A stretch of DNA of 62,823 nucleotides, taken from NCBI GenBank assembly GCA_035277225.1, contig DATEKY010000065.1:1-62823 (forward strand), read 5' to 3'. The notes under the pieces were generated by a model. It was not told where the DNA came from, searched no databases, and worked only from the letters and a program-made list of their open reading frames with translations. The position numbers and the translations under genes are program-made. Below, piece after piece: positions 46,647-56,500 of the stretch. This DNA is from Xanthobacteraceae bacterium (GTDB lineage Bacteria; Pseudomonadota; Alphaproteobacteria; Rhizobiales; Xanthobacteraceae). Numbering within the stretch: position 1 is the stretch's first letter; every line of letters begins with the position of its first letter.

Positions 46647-47024
46647 TTAGATTCGGAGGGTGAGGACGAGAGGTCGTAACTCGAGCAGCTGGCGATTGCT
46701 CGGCTCGTGGGCCGAGAGGATGCCGGCAGCGGGCGGCGTGAAGGCGAACCGTGGGACAAACGCTGCGCCTACATCAGTAGGCGCCGAGGTGCTGCGACGC
46801 GCGTCTTCGCGCACGAAGACGATGACGCTGCCGTTGACTTTGCAGTCGTTGGCAGCCACAGCGGGCGACGTCGTCGAATCTTGTTGTTCACACGCGCCGG
46901 CCATCCCTTCGCCGGAGTGACACCAAATCCCGCAAAAGAGCGCGGCGGCGTTCTGCCCGGCCGCCAGTGTCAACACGATCGAAAGAAGGGCTGCTCGAAA
47001 CACGTTGCTGCTCGCGGTACCCAT
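46647..47024 (-). CDS. Small TM-anchored Cys/His-rich protein (paralogue family)
   Basis: 125 aa from the ATG at 47022-47024. TM segment, then CGIWCHSGEGMAGAC...NDC..., ending ELRPLVLTLRI like the 25170 and 59712 proteins. Confidence 0.55.
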   Translation of the reverse strand: MGTASSNVFRAALLSIVLTLAAGQNAAALFCGIWCHSGEGMAGACEQQDSTTSPAVAANDCKVNGSVIVFVREDARRSTSAPTDVGAAFVPRFAFTPPAAGILSAHEPSNRQLLELRPLVLTLRI

Positions 47025-47264
47025 GGGCAAATCCTGCGCCAGTTCTCGCGGCGGGCGACCGCTCCAAAGGACAGGCCTTTTCCGAAGGCACGACGGATGT
47101 GGGGCGCCGGCCCTTGCGGAATTTCGCCGAGGGGTGCCGAAAATTCCCCGGCGCGATTCAGGTCGATGCCGACAGAGACGCTCAGTCTCTGGCGCACCAA
47201 CTGGCACAGAAGCTGCCACGATCTGAGGAAGACGAGCCTTGCCGGCAGCGGCGGGAGTGGCGCC

Positions 47265-47729
47265 ATGCGTATCTGGAGGGTCATCAGCTTCACTGCGGCG
47301 TTGACGACCGCCGCGTGCGGGGGTACGGGGCCGTCGATGACGGGTCCGAGCCCAACGCCCACAATGACAGGTGCTTGGGTCGGAGCTACGTCGGATTCGA
47401 CGGGTTCCATGATGGGGGCAGGACTGACTGCCTCCATGATGGACAACACGACTTGGACCGTCACTCAAAGCGGCAGCACCTTCACGGGAACGATGCGGTT
47501 CGCCGGCTACATGGGCAGTGCCATCACTGTCTCCGGAGTGATGAACGGGCACTCCGGAACGTTCACGATGACGATGCCATCTGGTTCGATGATGTCTGGT
47601 TCGTGCGCCGCGACGGCCACGGGCACGTTCGACATGGATGACATGATGACGCAGTTCCGCGGCACCTACGGCGGTGTGAACAGCTGCACCGGCGCTTTCG
47701 ATCGGGGGCAGGTGCTCATGCATCGATAA
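47265..47729 (+). CDS. Met-rich lipoprotein (putative periplasmic Cu(I)-binding protein)
   Basis: Lipobox-like AALTTAAC. About 18 Met in 154 aa, arranged as MM, MxM and MDDMM clusters. Thr/Gly-rich, beta-like sequence. Confidence 0.65.
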   Translation: MRIWRVISFTAALTTAACGGTGPSMTGPSPTPTMTGAWVGATSDSTGSMMGAGLTASMMDNTTWTVTQSGSTFTGTMRFAGYMGSAITVSGVMNGHSGTFTMTMPSGSMMSGSCAATATGTFDMDDMMTQFRGTYGGVNSCTGAFDRGQVLMHR

Positions 47730-47799
47730 GGCTGTTACGGACTTGGCGGCTGATAGCGGCGGGTGGCGGCGAATTCGTGGTAACAAGACCGGAGGGTTC

Positions 47800-48300
47800 A
47801 TGACACCACGCCACATTGAGAGCACCGCTTTCATCGACGCCTCCCCGGGAGATGTGTTCGCCTTCATCGATGACCACGCGCGCTTCTCTTCGCACATGAG
47901 CGAGTCGTCCTGGATGATGGGCGGTGGCCGTATGGTCGTGGAACTCGACGAGGCGAAGGGCCAGGAAGTGGGGTCGCACATTCGCCTCGGCGGCCGAGTA
48001 TTTGGAGTCTCCCTTTACCTCGACGAAGTCGTGACACGACGGGAACCGCCAACCAACAAGGTATGGGAGACGGTCGGCGCGCCGAGGTTGCTCGTCGTCG
48101 GCGCGTACTCGATGGCTGTCCAGATCACTCCTGAACAATCGGGCAGCCGCCTGCGGGTGTTCATCGACTACCAGCTACCGGACGGGCCCGTAACCTATTG
48201 GCTGGGCCGGCTCTTTGGTGGTCTCTATGCCCGATGGTGCGTCGATCAGATGCTCACCGGAGTCGTGAAGCAGGTCGTCCCGCACGCGGCTGCCGCTTAG
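47800..48300 (+). CDS. SRPBCC (START/polyketide-cyclase-like) family protein
   Basis: IESTAFIDASPGDVFAFIDDHARFSSHM... has the typical SRPBCC N-terminus. A GGAGGG Shine-Dalgarno precedes the ATG at 47800. Confidence 0.75.
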   Translation: MTPRHIESTAFIDASPGDVFAFIDDHARFSSHMSESSWMMGGGRMVVELDEAKGQEVGSHIRLGGRVFGVSLYLDEVVTRREPPTNKVWETVGAPRLLVVGAYSMAVQITPEQSGSRLRVFIDYQLPDGPVTYWLGRLFGGLYARWCVDQMLTGVVKQVVPHAAAA

Positions 48301-48344
48301 GAACGCTCGGTGTAATGGAGCGCCCATGCCTGCGTTATCGAGGC

Positions 48345-48713
48345 ATGAAGCAACCAACACCTGGTACTGCCGCTGCCGTTCAGATCACAACGCTCGAGAT
48401 CGTTGGAATGTCGTGCGATGGGTGCGCCCGGAAGGTCACGGCGGCACTCAACGCGCTTGGAGGAGTCGTCCACGTGAACGTTGATCTTCAGAAGGATCGG
48501 GCGATCGTCGAGCATCTTCCGGTGTACTCGGACGCACCTGCCCTGGTGACGGCGGTGCGCAACGCTGGCTACTCGGCTCGCGTCGCCGACACTGTTGACG
48601 ACACCGAGTCCGCGCCGTCGCAGCTTGTGGCGACCGGCGGTTGCGGTTGCGGGTGCGGCCCGTCGGTCCGGTCGCAGGGTTCGTTCGACCTTGGCACCAG
48701 TACAATCGGATGA
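48345..48713 (+). CDS. Heavy-metal-associated (HMA) domain protein with a C-terminal GGCGCGCG Cys repeat
   Basis: LEIVGMSCDGCARKVTAALNALGG (GMxCxxC ferredoxin-like fold), then a tail ATGGCGCGCGPS. Confidence 0.85.
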   Translation: MKQPTPGTAAAVQITTLEIVGMSCDGCARKVTAALNALGGVVHVNVDLQKDRAIVEHLPVYSDAPALVTAVRNAGYSARVADTVDDTESAPSQLVATGGCGCGCGPSVRSQGSFDLGTSTIG

Positions 48714-49264
48714 TGGACTCAGCGGAGGATGCAGCACCGATTTCGACACTGCTCGAGAACCACCGCGCGTTCCTGAACTACCTGGAGCGGCGCGTCGGTG
48801 ACCGGGCACTCGCGGAAGACATCCTCCAGGATGCATTTGCCAAAGTCGTCGCACGGCCTGAGCAGGCGCCAAGCGACGAAGCCATCGTGCCGTGGTTCTA
48901 CCGCACGTTGCGGAACGCTGCCGTGGACCAGTTCCGCCGCCGTGGTGCGGCCGACCGTGCGCACCAGGCGTTTGCGCGCGAGCTCGAGACGCACGAGCAG
49001 CCGACACGCGAGATGGAAGGCGAAATCTGCGCCTGCGTCTCCCGCCTCGCCTCGACGTTGAAGCCCGAGTACGCCGAGGCGCTTCAGGCAATCGAAGTGT
49101 CGGGAACACCCGTCAAGGCGTTTGCAGAGAGGAAGGGATTGTCGTCCAGCAACGCGGCAGTGCGCGTGTTTCGCGCGCGCGAGGCGCTCAAGAAACGGGT
49201 CTGGGAGTCGTGCGGCACCTGTGCAGAGCACGGATGCATGAACTGCACGTGCAAGGCCGGGTGA
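48710..49264 (+). CDS. ECF sigma factor with a C-terminal Cys-rich extension (CorE-like)
   Basis: Sigma-2 (DILQDAFAKV...WFYRTLRNAAVD) and sigma-4 (LKPEYAEALQAIEVSG...NAAVRVFRAREALKK) regions. A CAC lies in the linker and the tail is CGTCAEHGCMNCTC. The ATG overlaps the HMA stop (ATGA). Confidence 0.85.
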   Translation: MMDSAEDAAPISTLLENHRAFLNYLERRVGDRALAEDILQDAFAKVVARPEQAPSDEAIVPWFYRTLRNAAVDQFRRRGAADRAHQAFARELETHEQPTREMEGEICACVSRLASTLKPEYAEALQAIEVSGTPVKAFAERKGLSSSNAAVRVFRAREALKKRVWESCGTCAEHGCMNCTCKAG

Positions 49265-49267
49265 GTC

Positions 49268-49447
49268 TTAGCGCCGCAGCTTCCACCAAGCGTACTTCAG
49301 ACCCGCAATACCGACCACGACACCAACAAGTACCACTGAGTAGTGAAGCTTGCTTGCCACGCCAAGAAGCACCGCGTGCGCGGCGACGAGCAGGACAATC
49401 GCCAGTGCGAGAGCGCACCCGCGTCCGCGAATGTGGTGTCCTTTCAC
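49268..49447 (-). CDS. Possible 59-aa two-TM membrane protein (below the ORF-track cut-off)
   Basis: My reverse translation from the GTG at 49445-49447 gives VKGHHIRGRGCALALAIVLLVAAHAVLLGVASKLHYSVVLVGVVVGIAGLKYAWWKLRR*. It starts 3 nt after the methyltransferase stop. Confidence 0.3.
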   Translation of the reverse strand: MKGHHIRGRGCALALAIVLLVAAHAVLLGVASKLHYSVVLVGVVVGIAGLKYAWWKLRR

Positions 49448-49450
49448 CAG

Positions 49451-50089
49451 CTACACCGATGGCTTGGCCAGTACGTACTGAAGACTGCTTATGCCAACCG
49501 CACCCTGATCGATTGCGTGGAAGCCGGCCTCACCGAGTAGAGACACGATTTGGCACGGGTCCACATGGCCATGACGGTGGAAATGCGCCAGGAAGCCCGA
49601 TTTGTTTTGCGGCGTTCCGAAATCAACAACGAGGACGCGGCCTTCGGGCTTCAGGACTCGTCGAATTTCGCCGAGACACTGCTGACGAACTTGTCGCGGA
49701 AGGTGATGGAGCATCAGCGTGCTCAACACCACATCGACCGTTGCGTCGCCAAACGGCAATGCCTCCGCGACGGCTGTTTTGAAAAACACGTTGATTCCCG
49801 CCTTCGCGGCCTTCGAGCTTGCCCGCGCGATCATCTCTGGTGATGCGTCGATACCAGAAACCTGTCCTTGGTTGCCGACGTGACGCTTCGCCTCAATCGT
49901 GAGGCTTCCAGTTCCACACCCCACGTCGAGGACAGATTCTCCGGGCCCGAGTCGAGCCAGATCCACCATCCTGGTTCGAAACGCTCGAGTCCGTCCGTGC
50001 GTCAACAGCCAGACCAGCAGGTCGTAGCCGACAGCCCGATGCAGCACGAGCCCCTTCGTCGCCGGCGCAGTCTCATGAATCGTGGTCAT
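49451..50089 (-). CDS. Class I SAM-dependent methyltransferase
   Basis: VLDVGCGTGSLTIEA motif I, and VDVVLSTLMLHHL and LKPEGRVLVVDF motifs. Confidence 0.8.
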   Translation of the reverse strand: MTTIHETAPATKGLVLHRAVGYDLLVWLLTHGRTRAFRTRMVDLARLGPGESVLDVGCGTGSLTIEAKRHVGNQGQVSGIDASPEMIARASSKAAKAGINVFFKTAVAEALPFGDATVDVVLSTLMLHHLPRQVRQQCLGEIRRVLKPEGRVLVVDFGTPQNKSGFLAHFHRHGHVDPCQIVSLLGEAGFHAIDQGAVGISSLQYVLAKPSV

Positions 50090-50124
50090 CGTTGCCTGCC
50101 AGCGTAGACTTGAACCGAGGGACT

Positions 50125-50754
50125 GTGAAGAACACACGATCACGTGGAGTCCGAAACCGGACATCTGAGCCGAAACGTCCCGAAACGCCGGACCGCCGCG
50201 TGCGACGAACGAAATCCTCGCTGCACGGCGCGTTGATCGGGCTCGCTCGCGAGAAGCCGTATTCCGCTATCGCAGTGAAGGAGATCCTCAATCGCGCGAA
50301 CGTCGGTAGATCGACGTTCTATACACACTTTCGAGACAAGGACGACCTGCTCGAGAGCGGCATCCACGAAGTCCTTCAGTCAGCACGCGACGGGGCGCGG
50401 TCTCTGTCCGCAGTCGAGCGTCTACTCTCGTTCAGCCTGCCACTCTTGACGCACATCGACGAACATCGGCACGCAGCCGGTCCACAGATGAAGCGAGAAG
50501 GTCGGTTGGTTATGCACGCCCGCCTCGGAGACGCTCTCAGACAACTGATCGCGGACGATCTCGCTGGACTGGTCCCTAAGTCGACGCAACAGACCGCGGT
50601 CGACCTTGTCGCTCAGCACGTTGCATCCACGTTCGTGCTGGTCTTGAACTGGTGGGTCGACAGCTCGCCCATGTTGACGCCGGACGCCGTAGACGAACAA
50701 TTTCGAGGATTGATCGCGCCGTCGCTCGGCGGCCTCGTGACTCAGAGCCCGTGA
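50125..50754 (+). CDS. TetR-family transcriptional regulator
   Basis: N-terminal HTH: SLHGALIGLAREKPYSAIAVKEILNRANVGRSTFYTHFRDKDDLL. The start is uncertain: GTG at 50125 or TTG at 50092. Confidence 0.8.
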   Translation: MKNTRSRGVRNRTSEPKRPETPDRRVRRTKSSLHGALIGLAREKPYSAIAVKEILNRANVGRSTFYTHFRDKDDLLESGIHEVLQSARDGARSLSAVERLLSFSLPLLTHIDEHRHAAGPQMKREGRLVMHARLGDALRQLIADDLAGLVPKSTQQTAVDLVAQHVASTFVLVLNWWVDSSPMLTPDAVDEQFRGLIAPSLGGLVTQSP

Positions 50755-50812
50755 TGATTGCCGCTGCGACTATTGGCGGTATCTGGTCAGCCACCGTTCC
50801 AGCCGGTGGCCA

Positions 50813-53161
50813 TTACTTATAGGCCAACAGTCGCAAAGAGTTCGCGACAACGACCATCGTGCTGCCCTCGTGCAACAGAACGGCGGTACCGATGCCGGCA
50901 CGCCCCGCCAGCGTTGCGATTGCCAACAAGGCGATTACGGCCATCGACAGGATCAGGTTCTGCTTGATGATCTGTGCGGCCCGCCGCGAGAGACCGACCG
51001 CGAATGGCAGTGTCGCAAGATCGTCCGCCATGAGCGCCACGTCGGCCGTCTCGAGGGCGACCGCGGTCCCGGCGCCTCCCATCGCGATTCCGACCGTGGC
51101 CTGAGCAAGCGCCGGCGCATCGTTCACACCGTCTCCGACCATTGCCAATCGGCCGTGAGACTGGAGGAGTTCACGAATTGCTTTGACCTTGTCCTCGGGC
51201 AGCAAGTCCGCGCGAACATCATCGATACCAATAGCCTTGGCCGTCGCATCGGCGACGCCCCGGTTGTCGCCTGTGAGCATGACCAACGGCCGAAGCTTGA
51301 GCGTGCGCAATTGATCCAACACCGTTCGAATACCAGGTCGAGGCTGGTCCGCCAAGCCTAGAACTCCCAGCCATTGCGATCCTTGTTTGACGATCATCAC
51401 GCTACGACCAGCTTTCTGAAGGCGATCGATGCTCACCTCGATGGCCATTGGAATCGCCGTACCGCGATCGGTCCAGAGTCGAGTGCTACCGATCTCGACA
51501 AGCTCTCCGTTGACGCTGGCGCGAACGCCCCGCGCGGTGACGCTCTCGAGGGGGCCAGCTTCGACGAGATCGAGGGCCCGGCCTTCAGCCGCACGGACGA
51601 CTGCTTGAGCCAACGGATGTTGCGACTGGCGCTCCACTGACGCGGCCACCTGAATCAACGTGTCGTCGGTGTCCGCATCCAGCGGAACGGCATCGGTCAC
51701 TTCAGGTCGCCCCGTCGTCAACGTCCCAGTCTTGTCGAATGCCACCGCTCTAAGTGTGCCGAGGTTCTCTAGATGTGCACCGCCTTTGATGAGCACGCCT
51801 CGACGTGCGGCCTGAGCGATGCCGGCCAGCACCGCGGAAGGTGTTCCGAGCGCCAGCGCGCACGGCGACGCGGCAACCAACAGTGCCAAACCGCGGTAAA
51901 CCGCCGACGACCACGTTGACCAACCCACGAGAGGCGGCACCGTCATCACCAATGCAGCTGCGGCCAGCACCAGCGGCACGAAGGTTCGTTCGAACCGATC
52001 GGTGAAGAGTTGGGTCGGCGCCTTCGCCGTCTGAGCATCTTCGACAAGCTTGATGACGCGATCGAGAGTTCGATCGCCTGCGGCTTTCGTGCTGCGAACC
52101 TCGAGCGCGCCTTCGCCATTCACCGTTCCCGCAAACACTTCATCTCCGCGCGCTTTGTCTACTGGCACCGACTCGCCCGTCATAGGGGCCTGATTCACGG
52201 CGGACGTTCCGGAAGCAACCATACCGTCCACCGGAATGCGGTCGCCCGGACGGACGAGCACGGTCTCCCCAATCTGCACCTGTTCGACTGGCACTTCGAC
52301 GTCCGAGCCGTTTCGTCGGACGCGTGCTCTGGCGGGCGCCAGTTCGCTCAGCGCGCGAATCGCTCCGCGTGCGCGGCCCATGGCGTAGTGCTCCAGCGCG
52401 TGCGCGAAAGCAAAAAGCGTCAGGAGGAAGGCGCCCTCGGCCCACTCGCCCAAAGCCGCCGCGCCCAGCGCCGCAACGAGCATCAGGAGGTCGATGTCGA
52501 ACGTGAACACACCGCGCCGCACTCGCGCGGCCGTGTGTTGTAGAAGATCCCACGCGCCGAACACGTACGCCGCCACATACAGTGGCATCGACGCCGCCGG
52601 TGGCCAGCCTTGGAACCGCTCGCCAGACCACGCGAGGGCCAGGAGCATCGCAGCACAGAGACTCCAGACAAGCTCGCGATTTCGGCGGTACGATTCCACC
52701 CACGGCGCCAGTCCGGTCGGCGCACGTGGGCTGACTCGGTAGCCAGCTTCCTGGATTATCCGGCCGACCGCGTCGGCATCAATGACGCGCCGGTCGAATT
52801 CCACCCGCACCCGGCGCGCACTGACGCTCGCGGACACGTCGATCACTCCGGCCTGCTGCCGCAGGAGATCCTCGATGCCTCGTCCCGCATCCTCTTCGAT
52901 CGCGCCCTCGAGAGGAATCGACACGTGACCGTACTGGCGCGCGAGGTCGGCCCCGGCGGCCTTCACGAGTCGTTCGACTTCGCTCAACGTGATCCGTCCA
53001 GGATCGAAGTGAATGCAGATCGATCGACCATCCGTCGTCGCATGAGCCAGTGACACGCCATCCTGAGCGGCCACCAACCCCCGGAGGCGGCTGACGCACG
53101 CATCTTGCGCATCCGGCAGGTCGGGCAACAGCAGATCGAGTGAGAACTGCGCATCAGCCAT
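50813..53161 (-). CDS. P1B-4-type heavy-metal ATPase (SPC motif; Co/Zn/Cd-like)
   Basis: TM6 SPC (VAASPCALALGTP), [17 protein letters not shown]. The N-terminal ferredoxin-like domain lacks CxxC. Confidence 0.88.
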   Translation of the reverse strand: MADAQFSLDLLLPDLPDAQDACVSRLRGLVAAQDGVSLAHATTDGRSICIHFDPGRITLSEVERLVKAAGADLARQYGHVSIPLEGAIEEDAGRGIEDLLRQQAGVIDVSASVSARRVRVEFDRRVIDADAVGRIIQEAGYRVSPRAPTGLAPWVESYRRNRELVWSLCAAMLLALAWSGERFQGWPPAASMPLYVAAYVFGAWDLLQHTAARVRRGVFTFDIDLLMLVAALGAAALGEWAEGAFLLTLFAFAHALEHYAMGRARGAIRALSELAPARARVRRNGSDVEVPVEQVQIGETVLVRPGDRIPVDGMVASGTSAVNQAPMTGESVPVDKARGDEVFAGTVNGEGALEVRSTKAAGDRTLDRVIKLVEDAQTAKAPTQLFTDRFERTFVPLVLAAAALVMTVPPLVGWSTWSSAVYRGLALLVAASPCALALGTPSAVLAGIAQAARRGVLIKGGAHLENLGTLRAVAFDKTGTLTTGRPEVTDAVPLDADTDDTLIQVAASVERQSQHPLAQAVVRAAEGRALDLVEAGPLESVTARGVRASVNGELVEIGSTRLWTDRGTAIPMAIEVSIDRLQKAGRSVMIVKQGSQWLGVLGLADQPRPGIRTVLDQLRTLKLRPLVMLTGDNRGVADATAKAIGIDDVRADLLPEDKVKAIRELLQSHGRLAMVGDGVNDAPALAQATVGIAMGGAGTAVALETADVALMADDLATLPFAVGLSRRAAQIIKQNLILSMAVIALLAIATLAGRAGIGTAVLLHEGSTMVVVANSLRLLAYK

Positions 53162-53179
53162 AGGTCGTAGCCTCTGCAC

Positions 53180-53512
53180 TTAGAGCGCGTCCGCGCCGCG
53201 TGTTCCGGAGCGAATCTTGATAGCCTCATCGACTCGGCTGATGAAGACTTTGCCATCGCCTGGCCGACCGGTCGCTGCGAGCTCCTGAACCGTCTCGACG
53301 ACTCGTTGAAGCAGCGTCTTCGGAACGACGGTTTCCAATTTCGCCATCTCGGTCTCTCCGTATTCAATGCCGCTGGCTGGAGATGTCGATGCGCGCCTTC
53401 CGAAGCCACGCACGACGGAGACGGTGACTCCCGGAACGTCAGGGATGTCGTGAAGCGCGTGCACGACGGCCGCGACGCGTTCGGGTCGAATAATCGATTT
53501 GACTTCGTACAT
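53180..53512 (-). CDS. P-II-like small signal-transduction protein associated with the RND pump
   Basis: MYEVKSIIRPERVAAVVHALHDIPDVPGVTVSVVRGFG...GDGKVFISRVDEAIKIRSG has the P-II fold pattern. The start overlaps the czcA stop. Confidence 0.75.
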   Translation of the reverse strand: MYEVKSIIRPERVAAVVHALHDIPDVPGVTVSVVRGFGRRASTSPASGIEYGETEMAKLETVVPKTLLQRVVETVQELAATGRPGDGKVFISRVDEAIKIRSGTRGADAL

Positions 53513-56500
53513 CACAGTTCCACCTCGGGTCGTTCTCGCTCGAACCAGCGATACAAGGCAGGCAGGACGAGCAACGTCAATGTGGTCGACGTCATCAGGC
53601 CGCCGATAACAACAGTCGCCAACGGTTGCTGTACCTCGGCGCCTGCGCTCGTCGACAGGGCCATAGGAATGAATCCGAGACCGGCGACCAGCGCCGTCAT
53701 TAGGACGGGGCGGAGGCGAAGTTCCGCGCCCTGACGCACCGTGTCGTCGATCGACAGACCCTGCTCCCGCAATTCCCGGAAGTAGGACACCATCACCACG
53801 CCATTGAGCACGGCGACGCCGAACAGCGCGATGAATCCGACGCCCGCAGAGATGCTGAACGGCATGCCGCGGAGAAACAGCGCCACAAGTCCACCGGTAG
53901 CGGCGATGGGGATGTTGAAGTAGATGAGGATAGCCGGCTTAATCGCGTTGAACGTCGTATAGAGCAACACGAAGATCAAGAACAACGCGAGCGGGACCAC
54001 CAGCGCCAGTCGCTGCGACGCCCGCTGTAGGTTCTCGAACTGTCCTCCATACTCGACGTAGTACCCCTCGGGCATGCGAACGCGCTGTCCGACGGTCTGC
54101 TGGACCGCCGCAATGAAACTCCCCAAGTCGCGTCCGCGGACATTGGCCTCGATACTGATCTTCCGGTGGATATTCTCTCGGCTGATCTGGGCGGGACCGT
54201 CCTCCAGGATGATGTCCGCCAGTTGCGAGAGGGGAATCATGCGTCCGCGCGAATCAGCGACCTTGATGTTGCCGATCGCTTCAACATTCGATCGGTGCTC
54301 GCTGGTAAAGCGCACCTGCATCAGAAAGCGCCGTTGACCCTCCAGCACCTCGCCGACGGGTCGCCCTCCCATCGTGCGCACGGCATCCAGGACTTGTGAC
54401 GCGTTGATACCGTAGCGAGCGATCTCGTCCCGACGGATGCGCATGCGGAGGTACGGCAAGCCTGCCGTCTGTTCGAGTTTGACGTCAGCCGCGCCGGGAA
54501 TCTGGTTGACGACGCTGACGATCTCAGTGCCCACACGCCGCAATTGGTCGAGGTCTTCACCAAAGACCGTGATCGCGACATCCGAGCGGACACCGGCGAT
54601 CAACTCCTGCACACGCAGTTCAATCGGCTGTGAATAGCTGAAGACGTTCCCAGGCACTTGCTCCTCCAGGGCCTCGTTGAACTTGTCGATCAGCCCTTCC
54701 CGTGTGCGAGCCGTCGTCCATTCACTGTGGTCTTTGAGAATCACGTAAATATCGCTGGTCTCCACGCCCATGGGATCGGTAGGGATCTCCGCGACACCCG
54801 TGCGCGACACGACCGTGACGACTTCTGGAAATGTCCGCAGCGTCTTCTCGATCATGGTCGTGCTCTTGACCGATTCCGTCAGCGCGACGCTCGGAAGACG
54901 CCACGCTTGGACCGCAATCGCACCTTCGTCCAAACGAGGAATGAATTCCGACCCCATGAACGGGATGAGCCCCAACGACAGTACGAACACCCCCGCCGCC
55001 ACGCCGCCGGTGAGACGTGGGTGTCCCAAAGTCCAGCCAAGTAGCGGGCGATACTGTGCTTTGAGCCAATGCACGAGACGGGGCTCGCGTTCCTCTGTGT
55101 GTTTCCGGAACGCGAGCGTGGCGAGGACCGGCATCAGCGTGAGCGCAAGGATCAGTGACCCAATGAGCGCGAACACGACAGTCAGCGCCATCGGCCGGAA
55201 CATCTTGCCCTCGACGCCCTGCAAGGTGAGGATCGGCAAGTACACGATGATGATGATCAACACCGCGAAGAAGATCGGCCGTGCGACTTCCTTGCCGGCT
55301 TCGCGCACGACTTCCTCGCGCGACACCGATCCTTTGGCTTCGCCAAGTCGTCGGACGATGTTCTCGATCATCACCACTGACCCGTCCACGATCAGTCCGA
55401 AGTCGATGGCGCCGAGACTCATCAGGTTGCCGGAGAGCCCCGCCTGGACCATGCCCGTGAAGGCGAACAACATCGACAGAGGAATGGCCGACGCCACGAC
55501 GAGCCCGCCGCGCACGTTGCCGAGCAGCAAGAGCAGCACGGCGACGACCAGAACGCCACCTTCGATCAAGTTCTTGCGAACCGTCGCGATCGTCTTTTGA
55601 ACGAGCTGGGTGCGGTCGTAGTACGTCTCGATCGTGACGCCTTCAGGCAGGCTCGGTTTGATGGCGTCAAGCGCGTCACGCACGCGCGCGGCGACCACGC
55701 GGGAGTTTTCACCCATCAACATCATCACGACGCCGGTGACAGTCTCTCCGTCGCCGTCTCGAGTGACGGCGCCCTGCCGCACCTGCGGTGCCAGCACGGT
55801 CTGGCCCAAATTGCGGATGTACACTGGCGTTCCGTCGGCTGCGGCGCTGACGACGATGTTGTCGATGTCGTTCACGCGTTCGACCAGGCCCTCACCGCGG
55901 ATGACGTACTGTTCTTGCGCGCGCTCGATATAGGCGCCGCCGGCGTTCGCGTTGTTGCGCTCAAGCGCTTCGAAGACCGTATCCAAGGGCACCTTGTACG
56001 AAACGAGCTTGTCCGGATCGATCTGGACCTCGTACGTTTTCATTTCGCCGCCGTAGGAGTTGACCTCGACGACACCTGGGACTGACCGCAGTCGGAAGGC
56101 GATGTCCCATTCGAGAACGCTTCGCAGGTCCATCAACGACTTGCCCTTGCCCCGTACCTCGAACTGAAAGATCTCGCCCAGCCCAGTGCTGATCGGCCCC
56201 ATCGTCGGGGTGCCGAGGCCGGCGGGTATGGCCTCGCGGGCTTCCGGCAGGCGCTCCATCACGAGGCGCCTGACGAAATACAGGTCCATGCCTTCTTCGA
56301 AGTAGATGTAGACCGACGACAAACCGAACCGGGAAATGGATCGAATGTCAGTAATGCCCGGCAGGCCGCTCATCGCGGTTTCGACCGGGAACGTGATGAA
56401 TCGTTCGACTTCGACCGGGCCCAGCCCTGGTGCCTGGGTGAGCACCAGGACCTGATTCGGTGTCACGTCGGGCACTGCGTCGATCGGCAGACGAAGCATC

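Noticed and set aside
47025-47981. Upstream 319 aa of the 444-aa minus-strand ORF 46647-47981
   Set aside because: This part is Arg/Pro/Gly/His-rich and overlaps the plus-strand Met-rich lipoprotein and SRPBCC genes. Only the last 125 aa (from the ATG at 47024) look like a real protein.
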